Below, in pieces: positions 54,687-63,871 of a stretch of 64,000 nucleotides of DNA (its first letter is position 1; every line of letters begins with the position of its first letter). The translations under genes and the position numbers were made by a program. Origin of the DNA: a virus (lineage: Duplodnaviria; Caudoviricetes); the IMG/VR virus record IMGVR_UViG_3300029906_000008, positions 1 through 64,000 of that record; one strand, 5' to 3'. The notes below the pieces were generated by a model. It was given only the letters and a program-made list of their open reading frames with translations, did not search any database and had not been told where the DNA came from.

Positions 54687-55163
54687 ATGGCGAGAGAGAA
54701 GGAACCGGACGGAGTTGGGATGCACCACATGCTCAGTCAGTCCTTTAACGGCACACCTAAGATAGTTTGGGATGATAATACCAAGAAAATAATCAAAATG
54801 GCTGAGAAATGGCAGATGGAAATAGAGAAGATAGAGAAGCACTGGAAAGAGGTTGAGCCTATGATGAGGGAGATGGCCCAGCGAGTTAATGAAATGTACG
54901 AGGAATATAAAGAGTATCAAAGGAGGAACAAAATGACACAGGAACAACTTGAAAGAGCGAACTTTCTCAAAGACAAGATAGATGAAATTACTGACTTGTT
55001 AAATGTACACAAGCGCAATGTGAGAATGACTATAGGCTCATATCCAAATAATAATAAAGACAGAAGTACAAACATTGAAATAGAAAGAAAGCATCAGCAG
55101 GAAATTCTCGCACTGCTTACAAAATGGCGGGATGAATATCAGAAAGAATTGGAGGAACTATGA
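54687..55163 (+). CDS. Coiled-coil hypothetical protein
   Basis: 158 aa; internal AGGAGG..ATG suggests a possible second start. Confidence 0.5.
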   Translation: MAREKEPDGVGMHHMLSQSFNGTPKIVWDDNTKKIIKMAEKWQMEIEKIEKHWKEVEPMMREMAQRVNEMYEEYKEYQRRNKMTQEQLERANFLKDKIDEITDLLNVHKRNVRMTIGSYPNNNKDRSTNIEIERKHQQEILALLTKWRDEYQKELEEL

Positions 55164-55468
55164 CACATGAACAGATAGAAAAGGCAGCTGGAGAAATCTC
55201 ATACCACCCTTTCATAGAGATAGAGCGACAAGGGTTTATAAGAGGTGCCAATTGGCGCATCAAATCGGTGTGGCACGACATAAACGAACGCCCAAAGTTT
55301 CCGGGGAAAGTAGAATGCGTAAAATTCTTACTGCTGCGCAAAAATGGTGAATGCGATCGCTTCTTAATCGGTAAGTGCGATTGGGATGATTTTATGGATA
55401 CGGGAAAGTTCGTTAAATGGGCATACATTGATGACTTCTTGCCCGAAAGAAAGGAGGAAGCAAAATGA
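55160..55468 (+). CDS. Hypothetical protein
   Basis: 'GANWRIKSVWHD..E.P...KWAYIDDFLP'. Confidence 0.6.
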   Translation: MTHEQIEKAAGEISYHPFIEIERQGFIRGANWRIKSVWHDINERPKFPGKVECVKFLLLRKNGECDRFLIGKCDWDDFMDTGKFVKWAYIDDFLPERKEEAK

Positions 55469-55767
55469 AAGCAAAGATAAAAGCTACAGGAGAAATTATC
55501 AATATTGCCGATTATGCAAGGGTGGTTCTTAGCCAATGCGACAGTCGGGGAAATCCCATAGAACTTGGATTTGACGAAGTAGAAATACTACAAGAAGATA
55601 CAAGTGATATTGATTGGGAGCAGTGCAGGTATGAAATCGCCAAAGAAGTATTTGCTTCTATATATGACTTCACTATAGACAGAATCAACTTTGCTAAATA
55701 TGCCGTAGATGCAGCCGATGCCCTCATTGCCGAATTGAAGAAAGGAGGTAATAATGAGAAGCATTGA
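55465..55767 (+). CDS. Hypothetical protein
   Basis: 'MKAKIKATGEII...IDWEQCRYEIAK...AVDAADALIAELKK'. Confidence 0.65.
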   Translation: MKAKIKATGEIINIADYARVVLSQCDSRGNPIELGFDEVEILQEDTSDIDWEQCRYEIAKEVFASIYDFTIDRINFAKYAVDAADALIAELKKGGNNEKH

Positions 55768-55924
55768 AGTCCGCATCGAAGTCAGTGAGGTCTCCGGCTA
55801 TGCGTTCTACGCGGACGGGAATCTGATCGAATGGCACAGGCTGACCCGCGAAGAGCAGGTGCGGGTGCTCGGGGCGATGAGCAACGGGTACGCGATGTTT
55901 GAACACTTTTTTAAGGAGGAATAG
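55754..55924 (+). CDS. Small hypothetical protein
   Basis: Manual translation, 56 aa (MRSIEVRIEV...). Confidence 0.4.
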   Translation: MRSIEVRIEVSEVSGYAFYADGNLIEWHRLTREEQVRVLGAMSNGYAMFEHFFKEE

Positions 55925-55925
55925 T

Positions 55926-56243
55926 ATGGAAATAGAACTTAACAAATGGTACGAGGACATGATATGGTGTCCGTCTCAATGCTATTATTACTTCATGGAC
56001 GGGAAAGTGCTCAAATGTATCTATTTGAGATGGAGATGGGACGACCCTTGGACTGTGGATTTGATAACTTTTCCCGGCACCAGCCCCGACTGGGACAATG
56101 CGAAATGGGAGGAGGTGGATTTAGGCTATTTCCGTGATATGAATTACAAAAGATTACAGAGAAAGGCCGTCAGAAGATTGGTAAGATTAGGCTTCATGCG
56201 TAAAATCAAGTTATTATGGAATCGAAACAGGTATTATCAATAG
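55926..56243 (+). CDS. Hypothetical protein
   Basis: Trp-rich; start ATG 55926. Confidence 0.55.
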   Translation: MEIELNKWYEDMIWCPSQCYYYFMDGKVLKCIYLRWRWDDPWTVDLITFPGTSPDWDNAKWEEVDLGYFRDMNYKRLQRKAVRRLVRLGFMRKIKLLWNRNRYYQ

Positions 56244-56662
56244 AGCAGATGCAGCACTTGCGGGAACTTGGACTTGATACGAACAAGGCAAGTATGTGTT
56301 GGCTGAAAGACATTACCAAAGAAATTGCTGAAGAGAAAGAGATAGATATGACTATTGGTTGGTCTCTTGACTTCAATAATCCAGAATTTTATAAATACGA
56401 ATGGATGAAAGGTATTCCGACTTTTACCTTGCAGGATATATTGGAGTTGCTGCCATATAAGATTGTTGCAAGCTACCTTAATATCGGCAAGAAATCATTT
56501 TCGGGGGATGTTCTATTTTATATAGAGTACTCAAATCTCGGGGGATATGCAATTTCTTATTTTAGAAGTGAAAGCCTTCTTGATGCCGCCTACGAAATGC
56601 TCTGCTGGTGCATTGAGAACGGACATTTAAAGATGAAAGGAAATGAAAACAAAAGTATTTAA
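56216..56662 (+). CDS. Hypothetical protein
   Basis: 'QVLSIEQMQHLRELG...PTFTLQDILELLP...LLDAAYEMLCWCIENG'. Confidence 0.65.
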   Translation: MESKQVLSIEQMQHLRELGLDTNKASMCWLKDITKEIAEEKEIDMTIGWSLDFNNPEFYKYEWMKGIPTFTLQDILELLPYKIVASYLNIGKKSFSGDVLFYIEYSNLGGYAISYFRSESLLDAAYEMLCWCIENGHLKMKGNENKSI

Positions 56663-57530
56663 TTCAAGTGACACGAACGTAAAGAAGTTCGTGTTTGAAT
56701 GGGACGAGCCGAAAGCAATAGCGGAGTCCGTGCTTTATAGATACGGTGAGTACCGCAAACGTACTGTCATTTGCTGCTCCGTGCAGAGCGGATGCCCGGT
56801 AGGTTGCAGCTTTTGCGGAACGGGGAGGTTCTTTATCCGGAACCTTGAGCAAAATGAGATTATCGGACAGATAACAGAGGTGATGAAGCATGTGGACTGC
56901 AAACCTTGCGAGATTGAAAAGTTCCAAATCATGTTCATGAGCATGGGCGAGCCGTTCCTGAATTATACGGGGCTGAATGCCGCCATATCGTATCTGCACA
57001 TGTTTTATCCGAACGCGCAATTGCTGGTGAGCACGTCCGCGCCTTCTGCCATTTACAGACAAATAGGTAATTTCATTGAGCTGTCAAAGAGAATTGATTC
57101 AGTAGGACTTCAATTCTCAGTGCATGAGAGCACGGATGAGGCAAGAAAACGTCTGATTCCCACAAATACATGCACTCTGCGGCAAATAGCCTCAATAGGC
57201 GAGTTGTGGGCGTCATTTGTGGGCAGGAAACCATTCTTCAACTACTGCGTGCATGAGGGCAATGACAGCGAGGAGGACGCGAGAAGACTGGCGGGTATCT
57301 TCAACCCTGATGTGTGGGAGGTTACTCTTTCCGTTATCTGCGAAAAGGATGAGTCAGTGAAAGCGTCTATTGACAGACAGCTTGAAAGAATCGGGAAATT
57401 CAATATTCTGATGTCGGAAGCCGGATTCCATACGAGGGTGTTTAATCCTGCCGGGCAGGATGACATAGGAGGAGGCTGCGGCCAGCTGTGGTATTTCCAA
57501 GAATGGTTAGGCGCAAACGGAATAAAGTAA
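56643..57530 (+). CDS. RlmN/Cfr-like radical SAM methyltransferase, N-terminally shortened
   Basis: 'CCSVQSGCPVGCSFCGTG', 'MSMGEP', 'LQFSVH', C-terminal 'DDIGGGCGQL'. Confidence 0.85.
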   Translation: MKTKVFNSSDTNVKKFVFEWDEPKAIAESVLYRYGEYRKRTVICCSVQSGCPVGCSFCGTGRFFIRNLEQNEIIGQITEVMKHVDCKPCEIEKFQIMFMSMGEPFLNYTGLNAAISYLHMFYPNAQLLVSTSAPSAIYRQIGNFIELSKRIDSVGLQFSVHESTDEARKRLIPTNTCTLRQIASIGELWASFVGRKPFFNYCVHEGNDSEEDARRLAGIFNPDVWEVTLSVICEKDESVKASIDRQLERIGKFNILMSEAGFHTRVFNPAGQDDIGGGCGQLWYFQEWLGANGIK

Positions 57531-57533
57531 GCC

Positions 57534-57734
57534 ATGAACGCAAGAGAATTTTTCGATAAGGTGGCGCAGATGCGCTCGATGCAGAAAGAGTACTTCCGGA
57601 CACGCTCCAAGACAGCCTTGCAGGAAAGCAAGCGGCTGGAGAGGGAGATTGACATGGAGATTGCGCGGGTGGAGGGGATTGTCGGGAAGACAGAAAGTGA
57701 GGATACATCATTATTCAATAACGAATCACTATGA
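57534..57734 (+). CDS. Hypothetical protein
   Basis: 'FFDKVAQMRSMQKEYFRTRS...LEREID'. Confidence 0.6.
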   Translation: MNAREFFDKVAQMRSMQKEYFRTRSKTALQESKRLEREIDMEIARVEGIVGKTESEDTSLFNNESL

Positions 57735-58270
57735 AAAAGTATAAAGTATTATTTGCTGACTTGGACGGCACTCTGATTGACACGATAAGCGGTGATACAT
57801 TTCCGAAAGGAATTTGGGATATGCGTATCAGATTTGATGTGCTTGATGTGATTAAAAAACTTAAACCTCTATGTGTATTAATTGTAACCAATCAAGGTGG
57901 GATTGAATCAGGGTTTGTGAATAGGCGAGATTTTGAATTTAAAATGGAATATATTGTTCGTTCCATAAAAGAATATGCCGGGTGCTACACAGAATACTCT
58001 TACTGTGAAAGCAATAACAAAGCAAACCATTATAGAAAGCCTAATGTAGGAATGCTGGAAAGTTTGCTTCGGAAATGCCAACTCCACTTGTTTAGGCCGG
58101 ATAATCTGATAAAAAATGATTGTCTTATGATTGGCGATGCTTCGGGCAAAGATGGACAGTTCTCTGACAGCGACAAAAAGACAGCGGAGAATTTCGGAAT
58201 TGATTACATGGATGTGGAAGATTTTGTAAAAGAAATGAGCCATGGACGAGATACTGAGAAAAAGGATTGA
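57731..58270 (+). CDS. HAD-superfamily IIIA phosphatase (polynucleotide 3'-phosphatase-like)
   Basis: 'DLDGTLI', 'VTNQGGI', 'RKPNVGM', 'MIGDASG...SDSDKKTA'. Confidence 0.88.
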   Translation: MKKYKVLFADLDGTLIDTISGDTFPKGIWDMRIRFDVLDVIKKLKPLCVLIVTNQGGIESGFVNRRDFEFKMEYIVRSIKEYAGCYTEYSYCESNNKANHYRKPNVGMLESLLRKCQLHLFRPDNLIKNDCLMIGDASGKDGQFSDSDKKTAENFGIDYMDVEDFVKEMSHGRDTEKKD

Positions 58271-58628
58271 GGAAGCGGCAGTAGAATCACGTAGGGCGAG
58301 TGTAGAAACGCTTACAACTTTCGGGCTGCAAAGCTCTATTGATAATGTTGTTGAATTGACGGGAATGGAGTTATCATACGATGATGTTGCTGAAAGTGCT
58401 TTTGAGAAAGGAGCAGAATACGCCCTCTCCCACCAATGGATTAGCGTCGAAGAAGCACTTCCTGAATATGATGAGGCGGTTATTGTGAGAAACTTTTACG
58501 GAGAGATTTTCTTCTGCCACCGCTCAAACCGAATCGGCGTTGAGATAGATGATGACAAATGGTGCAACTATACAGGTGCGAAGATTGTCTCATGGATGCC
58601 TACGCCAGAGTTTGAAACGAAAAAGTAG
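58242..58628 (+). CDS. DUF551-like phage protein
   Basis: 'WISVEEALP...VSWMPTPE'. Confidence 0.65.
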   Translation: MDEILRKRIEEAAVESRRASVETLTTFGLQSSIDNVVELTGMELSYDDVAESAFEKGAEYALSHQWISVEEALPEYDEAVIVRNFYGEIFFCHRSNRIGVEIDDDKWCNYTGAKIVSWMPTPEFETKK

Positions 58629-59467
58629 TGAATATGGAGTTTAGTGACGAATTAAAGAAAAAAGTCGGGCAGAGCATAAGGCTGTTGCAGTCGGTAAAGA
58701 CAGACGGGCCGATAGAGGTGTGTTATTCCGGAGGCAAGGACAGCGATGTAATTCTCGAACTTGCGAAGATGGCAGGCATAAACTACCGTGCCATTTACAA
58801 GAATACGACCATTGACCCCCCCGGAACAATCAAGCACTGCAAGGAGAAAGGAGTGGAGATATTACAGCCGAAGATGAGGTTCTTTGAGATTTTAAAGAAT
58901 GCAGGTTTTCCGACACGGAGAGCAAGGTTTTGCTGCAAGTATTTGAAAGAGTATAAAGTATTGGACTGTGCTATTCAAGGCATAAGAAAAAGCGAAAGTA
59001 AAGGCCGTGAGGAACGGTATAAAGAGCCGATTATTTGCAGAATATACGGAGCAAAGAAGAACAACGTGCAGGTAATACTTCCTATATTGGAGTGGACGGA
59101 TGATGATGTTGAGGAGTTTATTAATGTGCGTGGAATTAAATGCCATCCGTTGTACTACGATGAGGGCGGTATTTTCAATGTAAAAAGACGCTTAGGTTGT
59201 ATCGGATGTCCATTAAAGAGCAAGCAGATTGAAGATTTTGAGAAATATCCAAACCTTGTTAAGGCGTGGATAAATGCAGGAATGGTATGGTGGAATACTC
59301 ATCCGAATGCAAACAGCCATAAGAAGTTTGAAAGTATTTACGACTTATTCGTTCACAACCTATTCTTTGATTCCTACGCTAAATTCAGAGAATGGAAATA
59401 CAACTTGATTGAGACAATAGATTGCAAGAAGTTTTTAGAGGATTATTTCAAAATAAAACTTAGATAA
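58628..59467 (+). CDS. PAPS reductase-family protein
   Basis: 'YSGGKDS', 'RARFCCKYLK', 'GIRKSES', 'PILEWTDDDV', 'RLGCIGCP'. Confidence 0.9.
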   Translation: MNMEFSDELKKKVGQSIRLLQSVKTDGPIEVCYSGGKDSDVILELAKMAGINYRAIYKNTTIDPPGTIKHCKEKGVEILQPKMRFFEILKNAGFPTRRARFCCKYLKEYKVLDCAIQGIRKSESKGREERYKEPIICRIYGAKKNNVQVILPILEWTDDDVEEFINVRGIKCHPLYYDEGGIFNVKRRLGCIGCPLKSKQIEDFEKYPNLVKAWINAGMVWWNTHPNANSHKKFESIYDLFVHNLFFDSYAKFREWKYNLIETIDCKKFLEDYFKIKLR

Positions 59468-59478
59468 AAATTAGAGGT

Positions 59479-59949
59479 ATGAAAGAAGTCAAAATTCAGA
59501 TCCCCGACAACTGCGAGCTGGTAAAGGATGGGGACAGTTATGTTGTAAGGGAAAAGAAGCAGAATCCTCCGAGGAGTTGGGAGGAGTTTTGTAAGAGGTA
59601 TCCTAAACAACTAGGTGAGGTTAAGATTGATAGTGCTTGTAATATGTATGAGATTGAAAAGAACACTATGAGACACTCACACGCTGATAGAAACATCTAT
59701 ACTTCAAAAGAAGAAGCAGAAGCCTTTCTTGCCCTCATGCAGTTGAGGCAGTTGAGAAAGGCATGGGTTGGGGATTGGGAAATAGCTGCAAGAGAAAGCT
59801 ATGTTGTTATCTATACATGTTGTGATAATCTGACAGTAGATATTAATGCTACTAGTAGAAGGTGTCTTTCATTTCCAAATAAAAAAATGGCTGAGGATTT
59901 CCTCAGTTGTTTCAGAAATTTATGTGAAACAGCGAAAATACTTTTGTAG
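59479..59949 (+). CDS. Hypothetical protein
   Basis: 'EAEAFLALMQLRQLR.AW...LSFP....AEDF'. Confidence 0.6.
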   Translation: MKEVKIQIPDNCELVKDGDSYVVREKKQNPPRSWEEFCKRYPKQLGEVKIDSACNMYEIEKNTMRHSHADRNIYTSKEEAEAFLALMQLRQLRKAWVGDWEIAARESYVVIYTCCDNLTVDINATSRRCLSFPNKKMAEDFLSCFRNLCETAKILL

Positions 59950-59951
59950 CC

Positions 59952-60146
59952 ATGACAGTGCAGGAAGTGATAGATGCGCTTGAAAAAGTGCGGGACAAGT
60001 CAAAGTTAGTGACCACTGGAGAGACCGGAGGTACTATAATACAGGTAATTGATACCGACATCTATGTCTTTCTTAACAAGGCTATTTATGGTAGAATAAA
60101 CGATATAGGAGATGGAATACAAGATAGGAGAAATATTCAATTATGA
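59952..60146 (+). CDS. Small hypothetical protein
   Basis: 64 aa, tight spacing. Confidence 0.4.
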   Translation: MTVQEVIDALEKVRDKSKLVTTGETGGTIIQVIDTDIYVFLNKAIYGRINDIGDGIQDRRNIQL

Positions 60147-60885
60147 CGGTGAGTGGTATCAGTGCGTTGAAGAAATAGGTTGTGATGGCTGTGCGTTTGA
60201 TACAATTTGTGGTGAAATAAACGATATAATTGGAAATTGTACAAGTAGTTTAAGACATGATGATAAATCAGTTGTCTTCAAGAAACTTGAAAAGGTCGGA
60301 GAGCCATTTCCTTGCCGCAACATGTCCTCAGGCCGTTATGGTATTATGGTACAATGGTACAAAGTATTTGTTGAACCTATACTTACGGATGACTCAACTC
60401 TTAGCTGGTATAATTCTATAAACGAAACGATTTTAATAGCACTTAATAACAAAGAAGATATGGAAGAAGATAATAATACAAAACATTCTAATTCTGAAAA
60501 CATTGGAAAGAATTTGAAACCCTTTTCCCTTGAAGCCGCCAAGTCCGGCAAGCCCGTCTGCACAAGAAATGGAAGAAAAGCAAGAATCTTGTGTTTTGAT
60601 AGAAATGCAGTTAAATATCATATCGTTGCTTTAATAGAATGTAAAGGCTTTCCAAACAAAGAAGAGGAAATTAAAGTCTACGATAACGATGGAAAGTATT
60701 TCGCTAATGGAGAAAGTCCTCATGACCTCATGATGCTCCCCGAAAAGAAAGAGGGATGGGTGAATATAGATAAAGGAGGTAGTGGAAAAATTGCAATTTC
60801 TTCCCCTTATTCAACAAAAGAGGAAGCGATACATAATGATAATGAAACCACAATCGACACCATTAAAATTTCTTGGGAGGAATGA
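60112..60885 (+). CDS. Modular hypothetical protein
   Basis: Cys-rich N-terminus plus 'KPFSLEAAKSGKPVCTRNGRKARI...DLMM' domain. Confidence 0.65.
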   Translation: MEYKIGEIFNYDGEWYQCVEEIGCDGCAFDTICGEINDIIGNCTSSLRHDDKSVVFKKLEKVGEPFPCRNMSSGRYGIMVQWYKVFVEPILTDDSTLSWYNSINETILIALNNKEDMEEDNNTKHSNSENIGKNLKPFSLEAAKSGKPVCTRNGRKARILCFDRNAVKYHIVALIECKGFPNKEEEIKVYDNDGKYFANGESPHDLMMLPEKKEGWVNIDKGGSGKIAISSPYSTKEEAIHNDNETTIDTIKISWEE

Positions 60886-60886
60886 T

Positions 60887-61255
60887 ATGTTGCCACAAAA
60901 AGGTAAAAAATACTATTGTTATGATGACGGCAAGGTATCTTATGGAAGACAGTATGAGGTGCTAATCACTGATGTCATCCCTTGGAATGATGCAGCAGAA
61001 GAATTGCAACACTTATGCAATCAGGCAATCAAACAAGACTCTGATTTATATAAATGTAACCAAGATTATATAGTCAGTGGAGTGTCTTATGAGCAATACC
61101 TGCCAACAATTGAAATATTCTTAGAGACAAAGTACAATGGATGGTTCGGCATAGGAGATTATAACAAAAAGGAACAAACCTTCACTAATTATTGGAACAG
61201 CGGATTATTAGACGTTGATAACAGCTTAACTGAAAATTTGAAAGAAAAATTGTAA
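60887..61255 (+). CDS. Hypothetical protein
   Basis: Likely start ATG 60887. Confidence 0.55.
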   Translation: MLPQKGKKYYCYDDGKVSYGRQYEVLITDVIPWNDAAEELQHLCNQAIKQDSDLYKCNQDYIVSGVSYEQYLPTIEIFLETKYNGWFGIGDYNKKEQTFTNYWNSGLLDVDNSLTENLKEKL

Positions 61256-61258
61256 ACT

Positions 61259-61441
61259 ATGTGGATAGCTAGAGATAAAGATGGTTTATTACACGTGTTT
61301 GAGAAAAAACCTATCAAGACTATTTATGGATGGTATAAGCCTGGATGGATTGTACCATTCCCATCATGTTCTTTTCCAGAAGTCAAGTGGGAAGATGAAG
61401 AACCAAGAGAACTTGTTTTGAAACCTATAAAGAAGGATTAG
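61259..61441 (+). CDS. Small hypothetical protein (MWIARDKDG family)
   Basis: Resembles 61767-62024. Confidence 0.6.
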   Translation: MWIARDKDGLLHVFEKKPIKTIYGWYKPGWIVPFPSCSFPEVKWEDEEPRELVLKPIKKD

Positions 61442-61443
61442 TT

Positions 61444-61707
61444 ATGGACGAAAGATTCAAGGAAAAGTATGGTGTTTATGACGGTATAAAAGTAGATACA
61501 TTTAAGCATATACCCGAAATCAGTTTCTATAATCACAACTATTACATCGGATTGAAGAGAAATGGTAGCGTGGTGTCTGATTTATTATTCGCGCATAGTG
61601 ATGATGATAACATGACGGATTGGTATATTGTAAATGGAAATTCTGTTACATATATCGGATATGAATTTACAGAAAATGGGATTATAAATCTTAGCGAGAA
61701 TAACTAA
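61444..61707 (+). CDS. Hypothetical protein
   Basis: 87 aa, tight spacing. Confidence 0.5.
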   Translation: MDERFKEKYGVYDGIKVDTFKHIPEISFYNHNYYIGLKRNGSVVSDLLFAHSDDDNMTDWYIVNGNSVTYIGYEFTENGIINLSENN

Positions 61708-61766
61708 TATTCTGCCTACGGAGATACGCGGACAATTTATTATAAATGATAAAATCATAGAGTAAT

Positions 61767-62024
61767 ATGGCATGGGTAGCAGTAGACAAGGACGGCACTG
61801 AAAAAATCTCCATAAACAAACCTTACAGGTTTGTTCCTCGTGGTATATGGTACTGTTATCATATTGTACTATATGATTTCTCTGCACTCAAAAGAATAAT
61901 TGAGTTCCAGCAACCTGTGCAAAAGCACAAACAAACATTGACATCTGTTTTACCTAAAGGCTCTATCAGGAAATTAATTGGCAGGGATCTGTCGTGGAAT
62001 AACAATCCCGTGGAACTTAAATAA
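61767..62024 (+). CDS. Small hypothetical protein (MAWVAVDKDG family)
   Basis: Resembles 61259-61441. Confidence 0.6.
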   Translation: MAWVAVDKDGTEKISINKPYRFVPRGIWYCYHIVLYDFSALKRIIEFQQPVQKHKQTLTSVLPKGSIRKLIGRDLSWNNNPVELK

Positions 62025-62030
62025 AGCAGT

Positions 62031-62264
62031 ATGGACAAAGAATTAAGAAAACTGATAAGAAAAGCAGAAAGAAAATACAACGAGGCAGAGATGGCCTTGC
62101 AGGAAGTGTGCAGACATTTGGTATTCATTGGCTTTGAGCCTACTATTTCCATGTGTAATGGGGCTGAATTAATTGTGACGTATGACGGTGCCGAGTTAGA
62201 TGCAAATGGAATTATCGAGGCTATGGAGAGCAGAGGGTACATAATAAAGGAGGATTTACGATAA
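62031..62264 (+). CDS. Hypothetical protein
   Basis: 77 aa, coupled to the next ORF. Confidence 0.5.
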   Translation: MDKELRKLIRKAERKYNEAEMALQEVCRHLVFIGFEPTISMCNGAELIVTYDGAELDANGIIEAMESRGYIIKEDLR

Positions 62265-62455
62265 TGGCTGCGGCAGGTAATATTCAGACAATGTACGGCT
62301 GCGAGAGTTGCAAGGAGGCATCTGACAGCCACGGCAGGGGATGCAAGTGCGGGCTGATGTTCCCGATACTACTGCTCCTTAACGGCATGACCTCGTGCCC
62401 GAACTACGAGGAAGATATTGAGAAGATTAACAAATCAATGGATAAAGAGTTATGA
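62264..62455 (+). CDS. Cys-rich small protein
   Basis: CESC...CKCG...CP. Confidence 0.5.
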   Translation: MAAAGNIQTMYGCESCKEASDSHGRGCKCGLMFPILLLLNGMTSCPNYEEDIEKINKSMDKEL

Positions 62456-62844
62456 TAGAAGAAAGTTACGTCTCTTTCGAGACTGCAAGACTGCTGAAAG
62501 ATGCAGGGTTTGACGTGCCTTGTACTTCGCAATACACTGAAGTAAAGTGCATTTGGAATGTAGGTTATCCCGATAACTTCAATCAAGATGAATTTGGCTA
62601 TTCCCGCCCCACTCATGCGTTGGCTGCAAGGTGGCTTCGCGAGGTGCATAATCTTCATGTGTACGCAATTCAAGCAAATCTACCTCTTACAGGGCCGCAG
62701 ACGGACAAATGGGAATGGGGATATGTGATAGACAAGGTGAATGACCCAAATTCAAACGTGGCTAATTGTGAAATGTACTTTGACAGTTACGAGGCCGCAT
62801 TTGAAGCAGGGATAGTAAAATGTTTGGAACTGATTAAAAAGTAA
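62452..62844 (+). CDS. Hypothetical protein
   Basis: 'YVSFETARLLKDAGF...PTHALAARWLRE...YEAAFEAGI'. Confidence 0.65.
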   Translation: MIEESYVSFETARLLKDAGFDVPCTSQYTEVKCIWNVGYPDNFNQDEFGYSRPTHALAARWLREVHNLHVYAIQANLPLTGPQTDKWEWGYVIDKVNDPNSNVANCEMYFDSYEAAFEAGIVKCLELIKK

Positions 62845-62849
62845 GGATC

Positions 62850-63272
62850 ATGAAGAAGATAACTATTTACGAATGCAATGACGGAACAAGGTTTGATTCC
62901 GAAAAACAAGCGGCAGAGTATGACATATTGTTGTCAAAATGCAATAACATCAACGATGCAATAGGCCGTAAAGTGGAACTTGAATATGACCAATACGTGC
63001 AGCACAACGCAGAGGCTGTCAAGAAGCAATGGAGAGTTTTCTGCAATATAGTTGCCGAAGCCATCCCCTCTTATGCCAAGATGGCAAGGGAGTGCGGCAA
63101 TGGGACAAGGCATCGTTCCCATATAGGCAGAATAATTAGCGACTACAATATAAAATGCCTATGCGACTTGTATTTCCGTTTTGAGTGCATTGATGAGCGG
63201 GGGCGTGAGTATCAGCAGCCGTATTTTGCCAATGGACATCAGGACGAAGCGACAAGAGAGGTAGTGCTATGA
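62850..63272 (+). CDS. Hypothetical protein
   Basis: 140 aa. Confidence 0.6.
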   Translation: MKKITIYECNDGTRFDSEKQAAEYDILLSKCNNINDAIGRKVELEYDQYVQHNAEAVKKQWRVFCNIVAEAIPSYAKMARECGNGTRHRSHIGRIISDYNIKCLCDLYFRFECIDERGREYQQPYFANGHQDEATREVVL

Positions 63273-63871
63273 AAAAGATAATGTTCAATGATAAGTACGG
63301 TCTAACTAAAGCGGTAGTTGAAGGCAGAAAGACGCAGACAAGGCGGATATGCAAAGAACAGGTATGGGCGCATTCAGACATTGTAAATGCAGAAAACGGA
63401 ATATTCCATTTTGAAATTCCTAAATACAAGGTCGGTGAAGTGGTTGCCGTGGCGCAAAGTTATGGTGACATTGTAGATGAGTTGGAAAATTGTAATAATA
63501 CGACTCGTGTTGTACATTACGAGAAGATTGGACAAAAGGCTTCTGAATACATGAAATTGTGGATGGAGCTAGGATTTTACAATAAATTGTTTGTCGCCTC
63601 AGGCAAAATGATTCACCAAATCCGCATAACCAACGTGCGTGTAGAAAAGCTCGAAGACATCTCGGAACAAGATGCAATTGCAGAGGGAATCACATACGTC
63701 GGGCTGACCTATGATGACTACGGCGAACCCATGTACATCATTGACGGCTGTAAGAAGGAATTTTCCTCAGCCAGAGATGCCTATGCCTGGCTGATTAACA
63801 AGATAAGCGGCAAAGGCACATGGTTAAGCAATCCCTATGTATTTGTTTATGATTTTGAACTTGTGAAATGA
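63269..63871 (+). CDS. ASCH-like domain protein
   Basis: 'GRKTQTRR', 'ITNVRVEKLEDISEQDAIAEG', 'NPYVFVYDF'. Confidence 0.75.
   Translation: MKKIMFNDKYGLTKAVVEGRKTQTRRICKEQVWAHSDIVNAENGIFHFEIPKYKVGEVVAVAQSYGDIVDELENCNNTTRVVHYEKIGQKASEYMKLWMELGFYNKLFVASGKMIHQIRITNVRVEKLEDISEQDAIAEGITYVGLTYDDYGEPMYIIDGCKKEFSSARDAYAWLINKISGKGTWLSNPYVFVYDFELVK

Noticed and set aside
56643-57530. Calling this gene cfr (antibiotic resistance)
   Set aside because: The motifs are shared by RlmN and Cfr, and the protein is truncated relative to both; specificity cannot be read from the sequence
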